64,000 nt of DNA from Eledone cirrhosa (taxonomy: Eukaryota): contig OZ024740.1 in assembly GCA_964016885.1 (NCBI GenBank), positions 141,298,001 through 141,362,000 on the forward strand, read 5' to 3'. The position numbers were made by a program, and so were the translations under genes. Below the pieces are notes generated by a model. It was not told the DNA's origin, ran no database searches, and saw only the letters and a list, made by a program, of their open reading frames with translations. This document shows, piece by piece, positions 1 through 14,182 of the stretch; position 1 is the stretch's first letter; every line of letters begins with the position of its first letter.

Positions 1-171
1 TTATATTTTGAAACAAAAGTATATCTGTAAAAATCCAGAAAGTAAAGAAATAAATTATATACTAACATAGTACCCATCAACAATGACAGAGTAGGTAGTA
101 AAAAATATTTAATTTGATAATTCCTTGATTACAACATTCTGCATGAAGTCACTTCAACAACGTCAATATAT

Positions 172-246
172 CTTCTTCTTCTTCTTCTTCTTCTTCTTCT
201 TCTCCTCCTCCTCCTCCTCCTCCTCCTTCTTCTTCGCCCACTTATT
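172..246 (-). repeat. (CTT)n(CTC)n tract with the extreme 3' end of a GAA-tailed RTE family
   Basis: The tract ends in CTTCTTCGCCCACTTATT. The same terminus (TCTTCTTTGCCCACTTATTC) occurs at ~12362 and at ~13481, where it caps an RTE RT fragment. Confidence 0.55.
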
Positions 247-2248
247 TATTCCAAGCTTGACATGCATTTCTTGACATTGGATGATTTCACTGTTATGACT
301 AAACTTTGGATTACAGGTTGTACCCATATGTTCATGTCTCATCTCCAGTTATCACAATATTCCCACACTGTCAAACAACAATCCTCCATTATTAAGGTCT
401 GCACCTTTGTGATAACAACTACATTGTGATTTATTGACAGCCTCCCAGAATGCTGGTCACTTTCCACTGATGTGCGACCATCTTTCAACCTGTTCTACCA
501 CTTTTTTTATTTAACTCTCTTCAAACTTACAACCTGCACAGAATTGTCACCAAGAGCCTGAGATTTGTGAATTGTTTCTGCTTGGATGGATATCTCCAAC
601 CTTTTAGCAAAACTTAATGCAAGGTTGTTGTTGCTCTACATGTTCCATCATCACATGAGAAATGAAAATGTGAAGAGAAGGTAGTACAGTACCTCACACA
701 CTGGCTATCTGACAATGACTAATGCATCCTGCCAATAAACATGCATGTGCATGAATATATGCAGCTCTACACTGCATACTTTTGTCTCCCTAACATCATT
801 ATTTTCCATTGAAAAAATGAAGTTGGATAATTTTTCAACATCATCATTGTCCTTTTAACATCAGCTTTGCCTGCTAGCAAGGGTTCGGCAGGTCCATATA
901 GACCAGGTCTGTACTGAAGCAGAGCCACTGATCTCCCTGGCAAGCCAGGGACCTATGTGCTCTTATGTATGGTCTCACATTCCATCAAGTGCTCAGGAGA
1001 GGTTGGCATGCCTTGACACAGCTGAGGGTCCTCCCAACCCTTTGTTTGGCAAGAATTCTACTAGCTAGATGCCATATATATATATCCACTTTTTGCCATC
1101 AATTCTAATGATGTGTTCCAGTTGTTTGAACAATGAATCTATTGTACACATAATTGAACATTCCACAGGCACATGACACTTATCATAGTTCTCAATGAGA
1201 TTTAGCATATCACAAAGTGTGACAATGCTGGTCCTTTGAATCACAGGTACAACTTATTTTTGACAGCTGAGTGGACTGGAAAAACATGAAATAAATTGTC
1301 TTTCTCTAGGACACAATGCACCATCAGGAATCAAACACACAAACTTACAATTGCAAAGCAAACATCCCAACCACTAAGCCATGCATCTCATACACATATG
1401 CACTGGAATTGGTGTCCACTCTATCACTCTAATGGTCCACCTGCTGTCTCTGAGATGAGAGATGTGGCCAGCTCATCTATGTTTGCCCTTCTTGATGGTC
1501 TCAATTATGTCTTTGACTCCAGTCTCCCATCAAATCCAAGTGTTGCTTTTCCTGTCGTGTAAGGTGACGCTGAGCATGATTCACTCCATTTTATGTTGGG
1601 CCACTGCAGGAGTCTCTGTAGTGGTGATTTGATAACCTGGTTACTAATACTCTACTTTACTGTATCTGTAAAAGCCAATTTCTGGCCACTTTTTATAGGC
1701 TATATTCCAATCTTCCTCCTATATCTAACTCTTGTTCTTCTTTTCCCTCTCTTCTTCTTTCTCATCCTATTACTTTTTAGCCATTTTCCTCTACTACCTT
1801 GTTAGACTGAACAGTTCTACTCCCTTGTTAGACTGAACAGTATGGCCAGTATTTGACTTCCATAGATAAGATGAAGTACAGCATCAGTGACCAGGTCATA
1901 GATGTACAACTTTGATATATTTATCATCATCTTTCATCCAATTTCTTGAGAAGGTGAAGCAATGTTGATGCCTTGACTTCATTGTAATTTTTTCTAATGG
2001 TTGTTTTACTGCAATAAGTTGCCATTCTTATTGCAAATTGCAACTCTTTACAGAAGGAGGTGGAATGTGAACTGAAAATTCACAGAGCTGAGTCAGATAC
2101 TACAATGAATCGTCTCTGGTTCTTTAACAATCCTGCCAATCCACAGCTTCTCAACCGATACTTTATTTATCAACATCCAAAGAGAGGAATGCAAAGTTGA
2201 CTTTGGTGGGATTTGAACTTGAAGTTTAATTAATAGAAAGGCATTTAA

Positions 2249-2440
2249 CCCTTTAGCATTTAAACTGGCTGTATCCAGCCAGAATTCTCTCACCTCTTTC
2301 TGTTCAAACTAGCCGTAACCTGCCACCCATACCAATGTTAAGGTATTGTTCTCAATATAAATAACATCAAAATCTCATAGCTTCGATATTATGTGAGATA
2401 AAGCCATTACTGTGAAAATACAATTGTACATGCTAAAGGG
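2249..2440. mobile_element. piggyBac-type MITE (family 1)
   Basis: TIRs CCCTTTAGCAT...ATGCTAAAGGG flanked by TTAA at 2245-2248 and 2441-2444. Homologous copies at 6905-7112 and ~11193-11403. Confidence 0.8.
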
Positions 2441-3043
2441 TTAATGCAACATCCTAATGATTCTGACAATGTGCCACCATTATATATTATTATTATAAAT
2501 TAATAATAAAGTAAAAAAGGAATATAATAGTGCATATGTGTATTAATGGCTATAACAAATCTACCATAATACAATTGTCATATTGAATTAGTTATAGTAA
2601 TGAGTGACCATGTTATGTATCTAGGAAGATAGTAAAATAATAATAAAGTATAAAGTTAATATAAATGTGCATGAATGTGTTAATGGCTTCAATAACTCAA
2701 CCATGATGTAATTATCATATTGTGTTAATTATGGATATCTGTGTTATAATTATAGATATATAGGCATGACTGAGTTGTTAAGGAGTTCACTTCAGTTTGA
2801 ACAATGCCTAGCAGTTTGAACAATGCCTAGTGATTGAAATTTGGTAGACATTAACTGCAGAGGCCCATTGTGTATATATATATATATATGATGTGAGAAA
2901 AACCACAAACCCTCCATCTCAATTCTACTTTTGCAAAGCAGAAGAACTGTGAAACCGGTAAAGGAACCAAATAAATATATATTTAAAAAAAAAAAGACTC
3001 CAGTTGCATTTTCGATTTCATCTTTTTTCTTTATATATATATA

Positions 3044-4287
3044 CTAGCAGATTTACCCGGCGTTGCTTGGGGTTTGAAATTATGCTAAGAATATACAGCT
3101 AGGAAGTAAAAGAAGAACATTATTTGTCCCCAACCTGTCAAAATAAGCAGAAGTCTTCAATAATTAATGCAAATGAATATTTAGTGCAATCTTTGTACAC
3201 ATAAAACTATGCTGATAATGAGGGAAAACACTGAACAGGATGTAGTTATACAAATGATTAAAGACAATACACGTTGCAAATCTGTAAAAAAAAAACAGCC
3301 AGTTTTGCTAAAGTACAAAAAGTTGTAATGAAAGCAGAGTTGTATACAAACAAAAAAACAATGAAAGTAGATAAGAGAAAATCTATTCTTTGAGAGCATC
3401 CTTTGCTGTGTATGGTTACATTTTTAACTTATAATCCAAAATATCCTGCATGACATATTCATTGGTATGTTTTGTAATGAGTAAGGTGAAGTCAAGACAG
3501 AGCTGTAATAAGTTTTTTTGTTAACACTAAAGCACTTCAGGAAAGACGATATTCTTTGTTTTTTCTTTTCGGAACAAACGCAAAGAGATTATCTCGACTG
3601 ACAACTCGTGAGCAGGCAACGTAGAATTGTCCGTGCGAAAAGCAAGGTTCATCCAAGTGAATTCTAGCAATGGACAGAGTTTGACCTTGCGACTTGTTTA
3701 TGGACATCGCAAAGGCAACACAAAGGGGAAATTGGGTTTGGCGAAAGGAGAAGAGAGTATCCACGCCTGATGTAGTCAGGCTAATTTTTGTTATTATCAC
3801 ATCCTCGCCTTTTCCACATCCGGATAGAATGGTAGCGTCAATACTAAGTAGAGACAGTTTTTTAACCACAAGGCGTGTACCATTGCATAGTTTTGGAGGA
3901 GTGATATTTCTCAGCAAAATAACTGTTGTTCCCTTTTTCAGGAGGTAAACCAAGAGGATTTAAAGAATTTAGAAATTCAACTGGATAATTGACCGCATTC
4001 TGTGGATCACATACAGTATCAATAGATTTATATATCCGTGGACATCCAGGAAGAAGCTGAAGAAGCTGATCGTTAATACAGCTAACGATGATATTTTTGG
4101 GTGCAAGAATGGCTCTTTCGCATAGCCAATCAAGATTCGTATAGTTATGTTTGTGATGTGACAATCTTAGCGACCTGTTCAACGTGCACAGAAAATTTGG
4201 TCAAATTCAGTTGGTAATTGTGAAAGCCTTATGCATGCAAAGTTGTACACAGACACACACACATCCTCGTTTTTATATATATAAAGA
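3044..4287 (-). mobile_element. Internally deleted Helitron carrying a Pif1-like helicase C-terminal fragment
   Basis: On the minus strand it begins 5'-TC at 4287 after a host A and ends in an imperfect GC hairpin plus CTAG (3044-3047) before a host T. It encodes frameshifted helicase motifs in the same orientation. Confidence 0.85.
3537..4182 (-). pseudogene. Helitron RepHel (Pif1-like helicase) C-terminal remnant, frameshifted near 3940
   Basis: WLCERAILAPKN, YPVEFLNSL, LLRNITPPKLCNGTRL, QFPLCVAFAMSINKSQGQTL and FSHGQFYVACSRV are typical Pif1/Helitron helicase motifs, split over two frames. Confidence 0.85.
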
Positions 4288-4360
4288 TATATATATATAT
4301 GTTAAGTATTTCTATAGAAAAGTTAAAGGAAAGAAGAGTGCTCTATGTATAGTTCAGAGC

Positions 4361-4604
4361 TATTTAATTACATAATAAACAACACAATATAATTATTCCA
4401 TTACCAAAGGTTTCAGGAAACTAGACGATCCTCACAGATGAAATAGTTACGTTGTGGATATAGGATTTTTTTTCAAATTTTATATCCAAAACATAACTAT
4501 TTCATTTGATGAATGAGCTGGACGTTTCTGTGAGGATCATCTAGTTTCCTGAAACCTTTGGTAATAGAATAATTATATTGTGTTGTTTATTATGTAATTA
4601 AATA
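4361..4604. repeat. Inverted repeat (~78-bp arms), Penelope-like remnant
   Basis: 4361-4438 is the near-perfect reverse complement of 4527-4604. The arm contains a degenerate hammerhead-like CTGTGAGGA...TCCTGAAAC..GTA and ends in a (TA)n tract. Confidence 0.7.
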
Positions 4605-4617
4605 TATATATATATAT

Positions 4618-4758
4618 ATATTAATGAAAAAGAACAAAGGAACTGTTATGACATTACAACAAGTTTATTGCCGACAGCCGTTTCGTCCGACCATATGGCT
4701 GTCTACAATAAACTTGTTGTAATGTCATAACAGTTCCTTTGTTCTTTTTCATTAATAT
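4618..4758. repeat. Inverted repeat (~60-bp arms), Penelope-like remnant
   Basis: ATATTAATGAAAAAGAAC...GACAGCC pairs with GGCTGTC...TTTTTCATTAATAT. The minus strand reads CGAAACGGCTGTC. Confidence 0.7.
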
Positions 4759-5083
4759 TTCTGCTCTGCTTATACGCATAGAGCTTAACTAGCTACCGTC
4801 GCATATTTGGTAGGTCAGGCGTGATCATCGCGATTCACATACGACCTACCATACATCTTGCTTATATATATATATATATATATATATAATTAGAAGATCA
4901 GGCAAGTCGAATAGAATGGACATAGCTTCAGCTGTTACCGAACTCACAATTATTAAAATTCGAACCCAGCTGGCTAGAGTGCACACTTTCATTAATCAGA
5001 GAGGAAGATGACAGATTCAGTAAGAAACTGGTTAGACCATTACTCATCAGAGTACTCGATACTTGGGGTAGTAGAGTATGGTT

Positions 5084-5201
5084 ATATGAATGAGTCAGGA
5101 TACCGACAACTGAGTTCTTGCCATTTTAACAGCTAGTTCCAAACATCTGGAATTAGCTGTTGAAATAGCAAGAGCTTAACTGTTGGAGTCCTGACACATT
5201 C

Positions 5202-5207
<6 letters not shown>
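5084..5207. repeat. Imperfect hairpin (~120 bp)
   Basis: ATATGAATGAGTCAGGA pairs with TCCTGACACATTCATAT, and AACAGCTAGTTCC pairs with GGAATTAGCTGTT. Confidence 0.6.
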
Positions 5208-5234
<27 letters not shown>

Positions 5235-5462
5235 TATACGTGTGTATGTATGTGTGTGTGTGTGCATGTTTGTAACTGTATCTGTTTTATGCCCTGTAAC
5301 TTAACAGCTTGAAAAAAAGAGTTTGATCAAATAAGTTCTGAGGTGGATATAATCGAGTAAAACCTGCTTGTGGTGACCCAGCATTGTCACAGTTTAATAA
5401 ATGAAAGTATATATGTTTCACCTTCTTTATTTTTCATTTTTGGCTCATGACACAATCTAAAG

Positions 5463-5685
5463 GTAATCAAGATTATATGTGGAGATGTTGGTCAGTCATT
5501 TCAAGAAAACCGCATTGCTGCCATGCATTATTCTGACTTTGTTTATGAGGATTTCCCATTCAACAAAAGTTACCTGGAGGAGGAAGTTGCCTACAACATT
5601 ATGCAGATGCCAAAACACAGTGGATCCACCTGTACTGGAGATGCATTTAACTATGCAAGAGTTGTCATGTTGAAACCTGAAAAAG
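5463..5685 (+). CDS. vWA (von Willebrand factor A) domain protein, internal exon
   Basis: AG acceptor at 5461-5462 and GT donor at 5686. Reads VIKIICGDVGQSFQENRIAAMHYS...HSGSTCTGDAFNYARVVMLKPEK, which has the vWA G-x-T-x-T-G-x-A pattern. The phase-1 end joins the next exon as G|GT. Confidence 0.8.
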
Positions 5686-6039
5686 GTAAAATTGATTTAT
5701 ATTTCACATAACAGAAAAAATAAACTCCATTCTTTTGTTACCATATTTCTATTTAAATACACAACCTATGGTTTTCAATTAATTTCGAAAAGAATATAAA
5801 ATTTTGAGGGATTTTGCAATATTTGCAATATTTCTCATTATTAAGCTGGTGTTTTGAGCATAAATTAACAAAGATTTTTGCATAGTTTTGATGGAAGGTT
5901 TTTAGATAACCATTTGTCCATGGTACTATAATGGCCTCTTCTGGCAGCTCCATCTGACATACCTGTCTCTTTTCTTGTTATGGTTTCAGGTTTGATCTAT
6001 TGTGTGGTACACAGGGAAAATGTCTTCTCACATGACATT

Positions 6040-6320
6040 CATCATCATCATCACTGTTTAACATCCATTTTTTCATGCTAGCGTGGGTTAGATGAGTTAT
6101 CCTGTTGTGAGAAATGCCAGGTCAGGTGACCATGTCTTGCTCATACAGAACTGATTTTGGCTTGGTCTCTACAGCTGGATGCCCTTCCTAATGCCAACCA
6201 CATTTACAGTGAATACTGGGTGCTTTTATCATGACACCTACATGACCACTTTACAGTATGGGCTGAGTGCTTTTTGTCATGTCACCATCATGACCACTTT
6301 ACAGTGTGGGCTGGGGGCTT
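6040..6320 (-). mobile_element. Non-autonomous RTE-tail module (SINE-like) with (GAT)n tail and ~45-bp internal repeats
   Basis: Reverse complement of GTGGTTGGCATTAGGAAGGGCATCCAGCTGTAGA...CCCACGCTAGCATGAAAA..GGATGTTAAAC..(GAT)n, homologous to the 3' UTR of the RTE at 49463-49821. Confidence 0.7.
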
Positions 6321-6904
6321 TACTAGAAGTATGTTTCAGCCTGTCCTCATGGGAGGTGTATGGAAGAGTGGGGTGGAGTAGTAGTGAGGGTGGAGCATGC
6401 TATATATATGCTTCAACTTCAGCCTGTGCCCATGGGAAGGCAGCTCTTCTGTATTACTGCATTGGGCTGAGTGAATTCTTGTGAGTGAAATTTGGTAGAT
6501 AGGAACTATATGGAAACCTATTGGAATGTCTGTTTCTGTTTTTGAATCGTAGACTTAACCATTTTGTTATCATATTTATAATGAATCTCTCTGCCAATGA
6601 TTTTCGAATAATTTTCAAAATAATCAATAATCTGGTGTTTAGAACATAACTTAACAAAGGTTCTTACATGAAGTTATGATGGAAGCTATTTAGATAAATA
6701 TAGATACTTTATAAATAGCTGTGTATCATAAAACCAAGGATGGCTTCAGGCAGTTTAGTATCAAAAGGGTTTGTGTGTGTTCTCTCCTTCCAATGGCCAC
6801 ATCTTTCTTGATTGAGAGTATTTACAGCAGTATTGAACTAGAGTAACTGCAATAATGAGGAATCAAACTTGGGGTTTGTATTTTTTCATTTTTATTTTTA
6901 TTAA

Positions 6905-7112
6905 CCCTTTAGCATTTAAACCGGCCATATCCGGTCAGAATTCTATCACCTCTTTCTGTTCAAACCGGTTGTAACTTTCCACTCATACTAATGTTAAGGT
7001 ATTGTTCTCAAAATAAATAACATCAAAATCTCATAAATTTGATATTATGTGGGATAAAGCCTTTACTGTGAAAATACACTAGTATATATAGAGTAATGTG
7101 AATGCTAAAGGG
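6905..7112. mobile_element. piggyBac-type MITE (family 1)
   Basis: TTAA-CCCTTTTAGCATT...AATGCTAAAGGG-TTAA; homologous to 2249-2440. Confidence 0.8.
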
Positions 7113-7116
7113 TTAA

Positions 7117-7360
7117 CCTTTTTAATATTAGCCTGACCTAAATTGGCTTTGGTTCTATGATATAAAACCATCCATTTTAAAGGGTTACTATTTAAATTGA
7201 AACTTTCCAACATAATTTCACATAAAAACTTTTTGGTTAAGTTATGTTACAAATACAAATTTAATAATGAAATAATTAATAACATTAATAAATCCCTTCA
7301 AATTCTTCATTAATTAATTTAAATACTGTGTATTTCATTAGAAATATAGTCACAAAAGGG
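7117..7360. mobile_element. piggyBac-type MITE (family 2), sharing a TTAA with the preceding MITE
   Basis: TTAA-CCTTTTT...CACAAAAGGG-TTAA. Related copies at ~14339-14613, ~25312-25530 and ~28582-29032. Confidence 0.65.
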
Positions 7361-7703
7361 TTAAATATCATTCACTCCTTGTTTTATTCTTAACTAAATT
7401 TATCAGGTCTATCATTTTACTTCATTCTCTCTCTTCTGAAAACAAATCAGCACAAAACTACTACTATTACTACCACTACCACTACCACTACTACTACTAC
7501 TACTACTCCTTCCTTCTCCCCCTTCTCATCATCATCATCCCCACCACCACCATCATCACCATCCTTTTTCTCCCCTTAGTTTTCCCCCCTCATCCTTCCA
7601 CTCAGATTTCTGTCTATCTTTATATCCATCACTTTCTTTTCTTTTTCTTCTTTTTTAAACTTTTTCTTCCATTTCTCCATATTCAATCCAACCAACCATG
7701 CAG

Positions 7704-8002
7704 GTATGCGGCCAGATTCCCAATCCATCAAAGATGTCCTCATATTAACCGATGGTAATTCAAATTGTGGTTCCAAGGTGAAAATTGCTTCAGACCGATT
7801 GAAGAAGGTGGCTAACGTCTATGCTTTGGCTATTGGTATGTGGCAGAAGCAGCGCAATGAGATCAAATCCTATGCTTCCAGTCCAGCAGAAGACCATTTA
7901 TTTTCATTGAAATATTTCAGTGACCTTCCAGACTTTATGGAAGGTGTTCGCACTTACAGTCAACAGGTTTACTGTGTTCCATTTTTTGGACAGATGCGGT
8001 AG
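7704..8002 (+). CDS. vWA domain protein, terminal coding exon
   Basis: CAG acceptor at 7701-7703. Reads (G)MRPDSQSIKDVLILTDGNSNCG...LKKVANVYALAIG...YASSPAEDHLFSLKYFSDL, the canonical vWA C-terminal half (VLILTDG, ASxP..H.F). TAG stop at 8000-8002. Confidence 0.85.
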
Positions 8003-8216
8003 TTGTAGTAATAGAGGCAGTATTAATAGTCGTTGTAGTTGTAGTAGCAGTAGTAGTAGAGGCAATGGCAGATGTAACTATAATAGTAGTAATAGCAGCA
8101 ACAACAGTAATATAGTAGTAGTATTAGTATTATTGATAGTAACACAATCAGTTTATATACATATTATTAAATTTCTCTATCATGTTCACAGATATATATA
8201 TATATAAATGTATATA

Positions 8217-9085
<869 letters not shown>

Positions 9086-9089
<4 letters not shown>

Positions 9090-9720
9090 TGTTATGCTTT
9101 GGGAGGGTCATGTTGCCAATTAGAGAACATGGAAATAAAAATAGAATCTACACACAGAAAAGATGCAATGTTTAGACAAATCACAGAGGCAATAAACATA
9201 AATGAACTCCAACCAAAATTAAATAGAAAACATGAATGGAATAGCAACATCACAACTTACAATTAAGGACAAAATGAAAACACACACGCATATAGAACAA
9301 ACAACCAACCAGTAACATGTAAATAAACAAATAAATAAACAAATAAAAACACACACAGACACCCAGATGTAACACATGCGCAAACTAAGCACACAACACA
9401 CACAAAAACAATATGGCGTAGGACAGAACAAAGGAGAGGCACAAAAACAAAGAAAAGAATCCCCAGTCACTGAAGAGGTCACAGAATGTGTGACGAAAGA
9501 ACTTTGACAATATATGAACAACCGTCCTGTTATGGAACCAACCAACCAACCGGAAATTTATAAATTCTTAAATTTATAAATTTAATTTATAATAAATTGG
9601 AGTGAAAGCAACTGGTGCGTGTGTTTCTTATTGGCAACATGACCCTCCCAAAACATAACAATATCGGTTTCAACACACGTTTTCAGATAAAGAATCTTGC
9701 TAAACAAATTCAGAAACGAT
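9086..9720 (+). mobile_element. Penelope-like remnant with inverted repeat and hammerhead-like motif
   Basis: 9086-9130 is inverted at 9621-9664. GTCA-CTGAAGA-G-GTCAC..GTGAC-GAAA-GAACTT-TGAC lies at 9466-9508. (TA)n flanks both sides. Confidence 0.5.
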
Positions 9721-10755
9721 ATATATATATATATATAATTTCAAACCAAGACACTTTTAAACTGGAATATTCATGCCCATTCCTGGACTAACTCTATATA
9801 TAAACAATATCATACACAGATATTTATCTATATTCCAGAAAAATCTGATAACTTTGAAGAATTCAAAATCCCAACAGAACTCTGATTAATAACCACCTGG
9901 AAAATTTATTACTCTCAAATTCATATAACCTATCTTCTAATAAATCAATCTAATTAACTATTGTCCAAGTAAATAATTCCATTCCATTCTTAGAATACTC
10001 CAGCTTGGTAATTAATTGAGGTTTTCCTTAAAATGTCTTTTCTATCGAATTTTTTTTAAAATGATACCATCAAAGTAATCTGTGCCTTCAAAAATGCCTC
10101 TCTGCAAAATTTCCTTAAAATATGCATTATTAAGAAAGTTATGAAAGGCAAAATTGACCCTGGCTGAATTTGAGCTCAAATGTAAGGAGCCATAACAAAA
10201 TACTGTAAAGCATTTTGTCCGATGCTGTAACAATTCTGCCAATCCACCACCGATGAAAGTATTTAAAGGGTGGAAGTATAAAATTTTTTTTTTTGGGGGG
10301 GGGGATTAATTTCCATAATGAAACTATTTACCATCTCACTTATATCATACAATCACTAAACATTAATTTTCGGCACTTGTTATTGCCAGTTGAGTCAAAG
10401 GTGTTTTGTATTGATACAGCATGAGATGAATTATTGGCAGCATTCTTTCACACAGCAATTTCTGATTAATAAGTTCATTTTAGATTCATTTCAATCAATT
10501 ACAATAATTTTCTTTCCTCTTTTCTTTAATTGTTTATAAACATAATTTGATTTTTAGCATTTTCTTTTACTAATAAATCTGAAATTTACATATACAAAAT
10601 CACTGCAGACACGTGGCGTCCCATATATGTTGTGATGTTTCCATTCCTTTTACAAATAAGTGGTTTAGAATTTACATATTTTAATCAATCAGGTAACGTT
10701 TATTTTAATGTGTATGGTGATTACTGCCCACTTAAAACGAAAGAACGCCTTAGAG

Positions 10756-11186
10756 CAGTGATCTATAAATATGGGGCGCACGCCCCACAGGAGGGCTATT
10801 TGGAAGTGATATAATACGACCAAACTTTTAGTTACACTTCGTCTACACATGTTATCGTATATCTGACAGCACTTACGAGCAGCTTATTTACACTTTGGAG
10901 TTGATTCTGATCATCGCTGCATCGCATGTCACAGATGGCTGTCGTACATCTAGCGAGAAAGTTGAATGAAACTTGTTCTCTTATGCAAACTGTAGTTACT
11001 TTTCTGGTAATCTGGTGATCTGTTATAAAATCATTTCCTATATTGTAATGACCCTATTGAAAATGCTGACGATATTACAGTAATTACACTTTTACAAAAC
11101 TCAGTTTGTTTTTATATCAAAAGGGGACATAAACATATTTTAGATGCTGAGGTGGGGCATGGAGCAAAAAAAGTTGGGAACCACTG
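10756..11186. mobile_element. hAT-type non-autonomous DNA transposon (old)
   Basis: CAGTGATC...GGAACCACTG termini with a degenerate 8-bp TSD CCTTAGAG / CCTTAGCC. Confidence 0.5.
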
Positions 11187-13477
11187 CCTTAGCCCTTTAA
11201 TGTTCAAAACCGGCCAGAATTCTCTACCTTTTTCTGTTGAAACTGGCTGTAACTGGCCACTCAAACTGATGTTAAGGTATTGTTCTCAAAATAAGTACTT
11301 TCAAAATCTCATAGATTCGATATTATGTGAGATAATTATGTGAGGTAAAGCCTTTACCATGAAAATACAATAGTATATATAGAGTAATGTGAATGCTAAA
11401 GAGTTTGAGAATAATAAATGTATTCATATAAATATTACACTGTAAGCCAACGATACAGATATGTTAATGAAGGGAGACAACCCAGTAATTTTCTCCTTGC
11501 ATCTCATTTCCATTCTTACTATTCACTCAGATATATCTGTTCTATATCTCAAACTTTTTCACCGGCCATTTTTGTTTATCTTTTAGATTTTTTTATAACT
11601 CCACTCACTTTCTCTTATTCATTCTGTTGTGAACTCCTGCTTTTTTTCACAAAACTTTGTGTATAATTATTACTCATCTAGCTCCATCTTCATTTATATT
11701 CAGTTATATATACAGAACCGTCAGTGAAGGTGTGTGACTTAATAATTGGAGTATTCAGCTCATGATCATAGGGTTATAAGTTTAATTTCCAGCAGCCTGT
11801 TGAATCCGTGAGCTGTTATGTTGATCAAACAACTGGAACATTCATCATCAGAACCAAGGGATGTCTAATACATGCAGAACCTCTACAATATTTCCTCTTC
11901 TATATTTTCCAACAAACATTACCATTTGAAATATTGTGTATAGCTTAACAACATATACTACCTCTATGCCCTTCCTTTTGTTTTAAGATGGTACTATTTT
12001 TCAAAACAGTAGGAACACATAGGCAGTTGGTTAACAAAAATTGTTAGAGCATCAGACAAAATGCCTGTGATGGCTCTTTATATTCTGAGTTCAAATATAC
12101 CTTTCATCATTTTGGGCTCAATAGAATAAAGTAGCAGTCAAATTCTGGGTTTGATTCCTATAATGAATCCTAGATGGGAATTGAATCATAATAGAAGAGT
12201 AATGGGTACAATGATGATGATGAATGACAATGTATAATTTAGCATTTTATTATAATTCCATTAACATCTTGTATGCCTTGTAGGAGTATCAAACTGATTG
12301 ATTCACATCACTTGACTGGTATTTTATTTTACTAGCCCCAGAAGAAAGGATCTTCTACTTCTCTTCTTTGCCCACTTATTCCTGAGAGGGTCGTAGAGGC
12401 AGAATCCTCGGCAAATTTCACTTTGGTAGGAACACAGAACATAAAGGTCATAACTGAATACCACAGGCATTTTTTGACAAAACTCTACTGACTTTGCCAA
12501 TCCATCACCCTTTGATCATATTTTTTCTTTATTTCTATTCTGTGATGTACTGTACATTAGACCATCCTTGGATGGTTCCAGGAGCATAGCAGTTATTTCT
12601 TCTATAAATGAGTGGAGCATGCTCTCATAAATGTGTATTGTTGGTGTGCATGAATAGTGAAGCATTGATGACCTGAGAGAATAACTGAGTATAAGAGGAA
12701 TTAGAAGTTGTGTGTAAGGGAAAACCTAAGCAGAAAGATGAGAGCTGATTTCAAGATGTTGAACATCAAAGTGGTGAGAGGCTGTACTAGAAAAGACATG
12801 CCCAATCCATGCAAGCTCAGCAAAACAGATGTAAAATAATGATGATAAGGAAGTTGTTAGTCTCTGGCTCAACCTTCTTCATTTCTGGAGAAGGGGATGT
12901 TGGGAGGGGTGTCTCACAATCCTCCTCAGTTCAGAGAAAGATAGAGAAAGAAGTATCAACCTCAATATTTGATATCTACTTTATTTTACCAACCATGAAA
13001 GGATGAAAGGCAAAATTAACAATGGCAGGATTTGAACTCAAAGTACAGAAAACTATATGAAGCTTAACTGCAATGATTCTATCAGTTCACTGCCTTTGGA
13101 ATGGTTTTATACAGTAGGTTTTCATTTATTTTAGTTTTGAAGTCTGTATCGACAACTGAAAAGAACAAGTCACAGGCAGGGGCAGATGCCTGGTTATTTG
13201 TGCTAACGTTGCATTACAATGTAAAATTATGTGTTCCCTTCTTCAAATAAAATATTTTCAACTTACAATTTGGCAAGCTGACAAAGCTAGTTTTTGACAC
13301 TGATCTCATTAAGAAAATTATTAAGCCTGTATTTTCTACTACACAGTCCACACTCACCTATGCCAAATCATGTCAGAGGTCATAATATCATACAACACTC
13401 TCCACCATTTTGGATACATCCACAATGCTATTACATAGGAGAAAGGTTTAGCAATTAATCTATTGATTACAGGAAAT

Positions 13478-14182
13478 TCTTCTTCTTTGCCCACTTATTC
13501 ATGGGAAGGTCATGGGGACAGATCCTCAAGCATGCCTTCCAGCAGGTCATGACAGGAGAAACTGTCTCCAATTAATCTGGCTGGAGGTTACGCAACCATC
13601 TTGCCCGAGGTCTACCCTTGGGTCTCCTGCAGGTTGGTTTTGCCCATAAAATTTGTCCAGTGATTTTTTTGTGAGACATTCTAACCACATGACCAGAGTA
13701 GTGATCTCTTAATTTGGAGAATAGCAGTTATAGCTGGAGTGACACTCCAATCTCCAAGCTACATACTCTATTGAGTAATATTACTTCAAAGACCCTTTGG
13801 AGGAATCCCATTTCAGTTGCTTGTATACACAATCATATTCTTTCAGTCATGACCATATTTAAGGGTTGGCATGAATACCGAATTGAAGATAGTGAGTTTG
13901 CTTTTTACACCTACCTCCCTTCTTCTGATGACCGAATGCTGCAGCTGGCACATTACTGTACCAGCTCCTGTAATTCTTGCACTTAATTCAGTCTCCTGCT
14001 TTCCATCACTTATGAACATGGCTCCGAGATTCTTGAACTTCTCCTGTTTCACTGGAACTCCACTCACATCTAGAGTGCATGTGTAGGCTTCCTTGAGAGG
14101 ATGAATGTCTTAGTCTTCACAGCACCAATTTTCATTCCTGCCATGCAGCACTCAGCAGCAAACCTTAAAAGTGCATGTTGGA
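13478..14182 (-). mobile_element. 5'-truncated, decayed RTE LINE (family C, GAA tail, no PHD insert)
   Basis: Minus-strand ORF GVPVKQEKFKNLGAMFISDGKQETELSARI...KLTIFNSVFMPTLKYGH; homologous to the copy at 17810-19585. Confidence 0.8.

Noticed and set aside
2502-2735. Diverged ~135-bp direct repeat pair
   Set aside because: Old AT-rich local duplication with no further structure.
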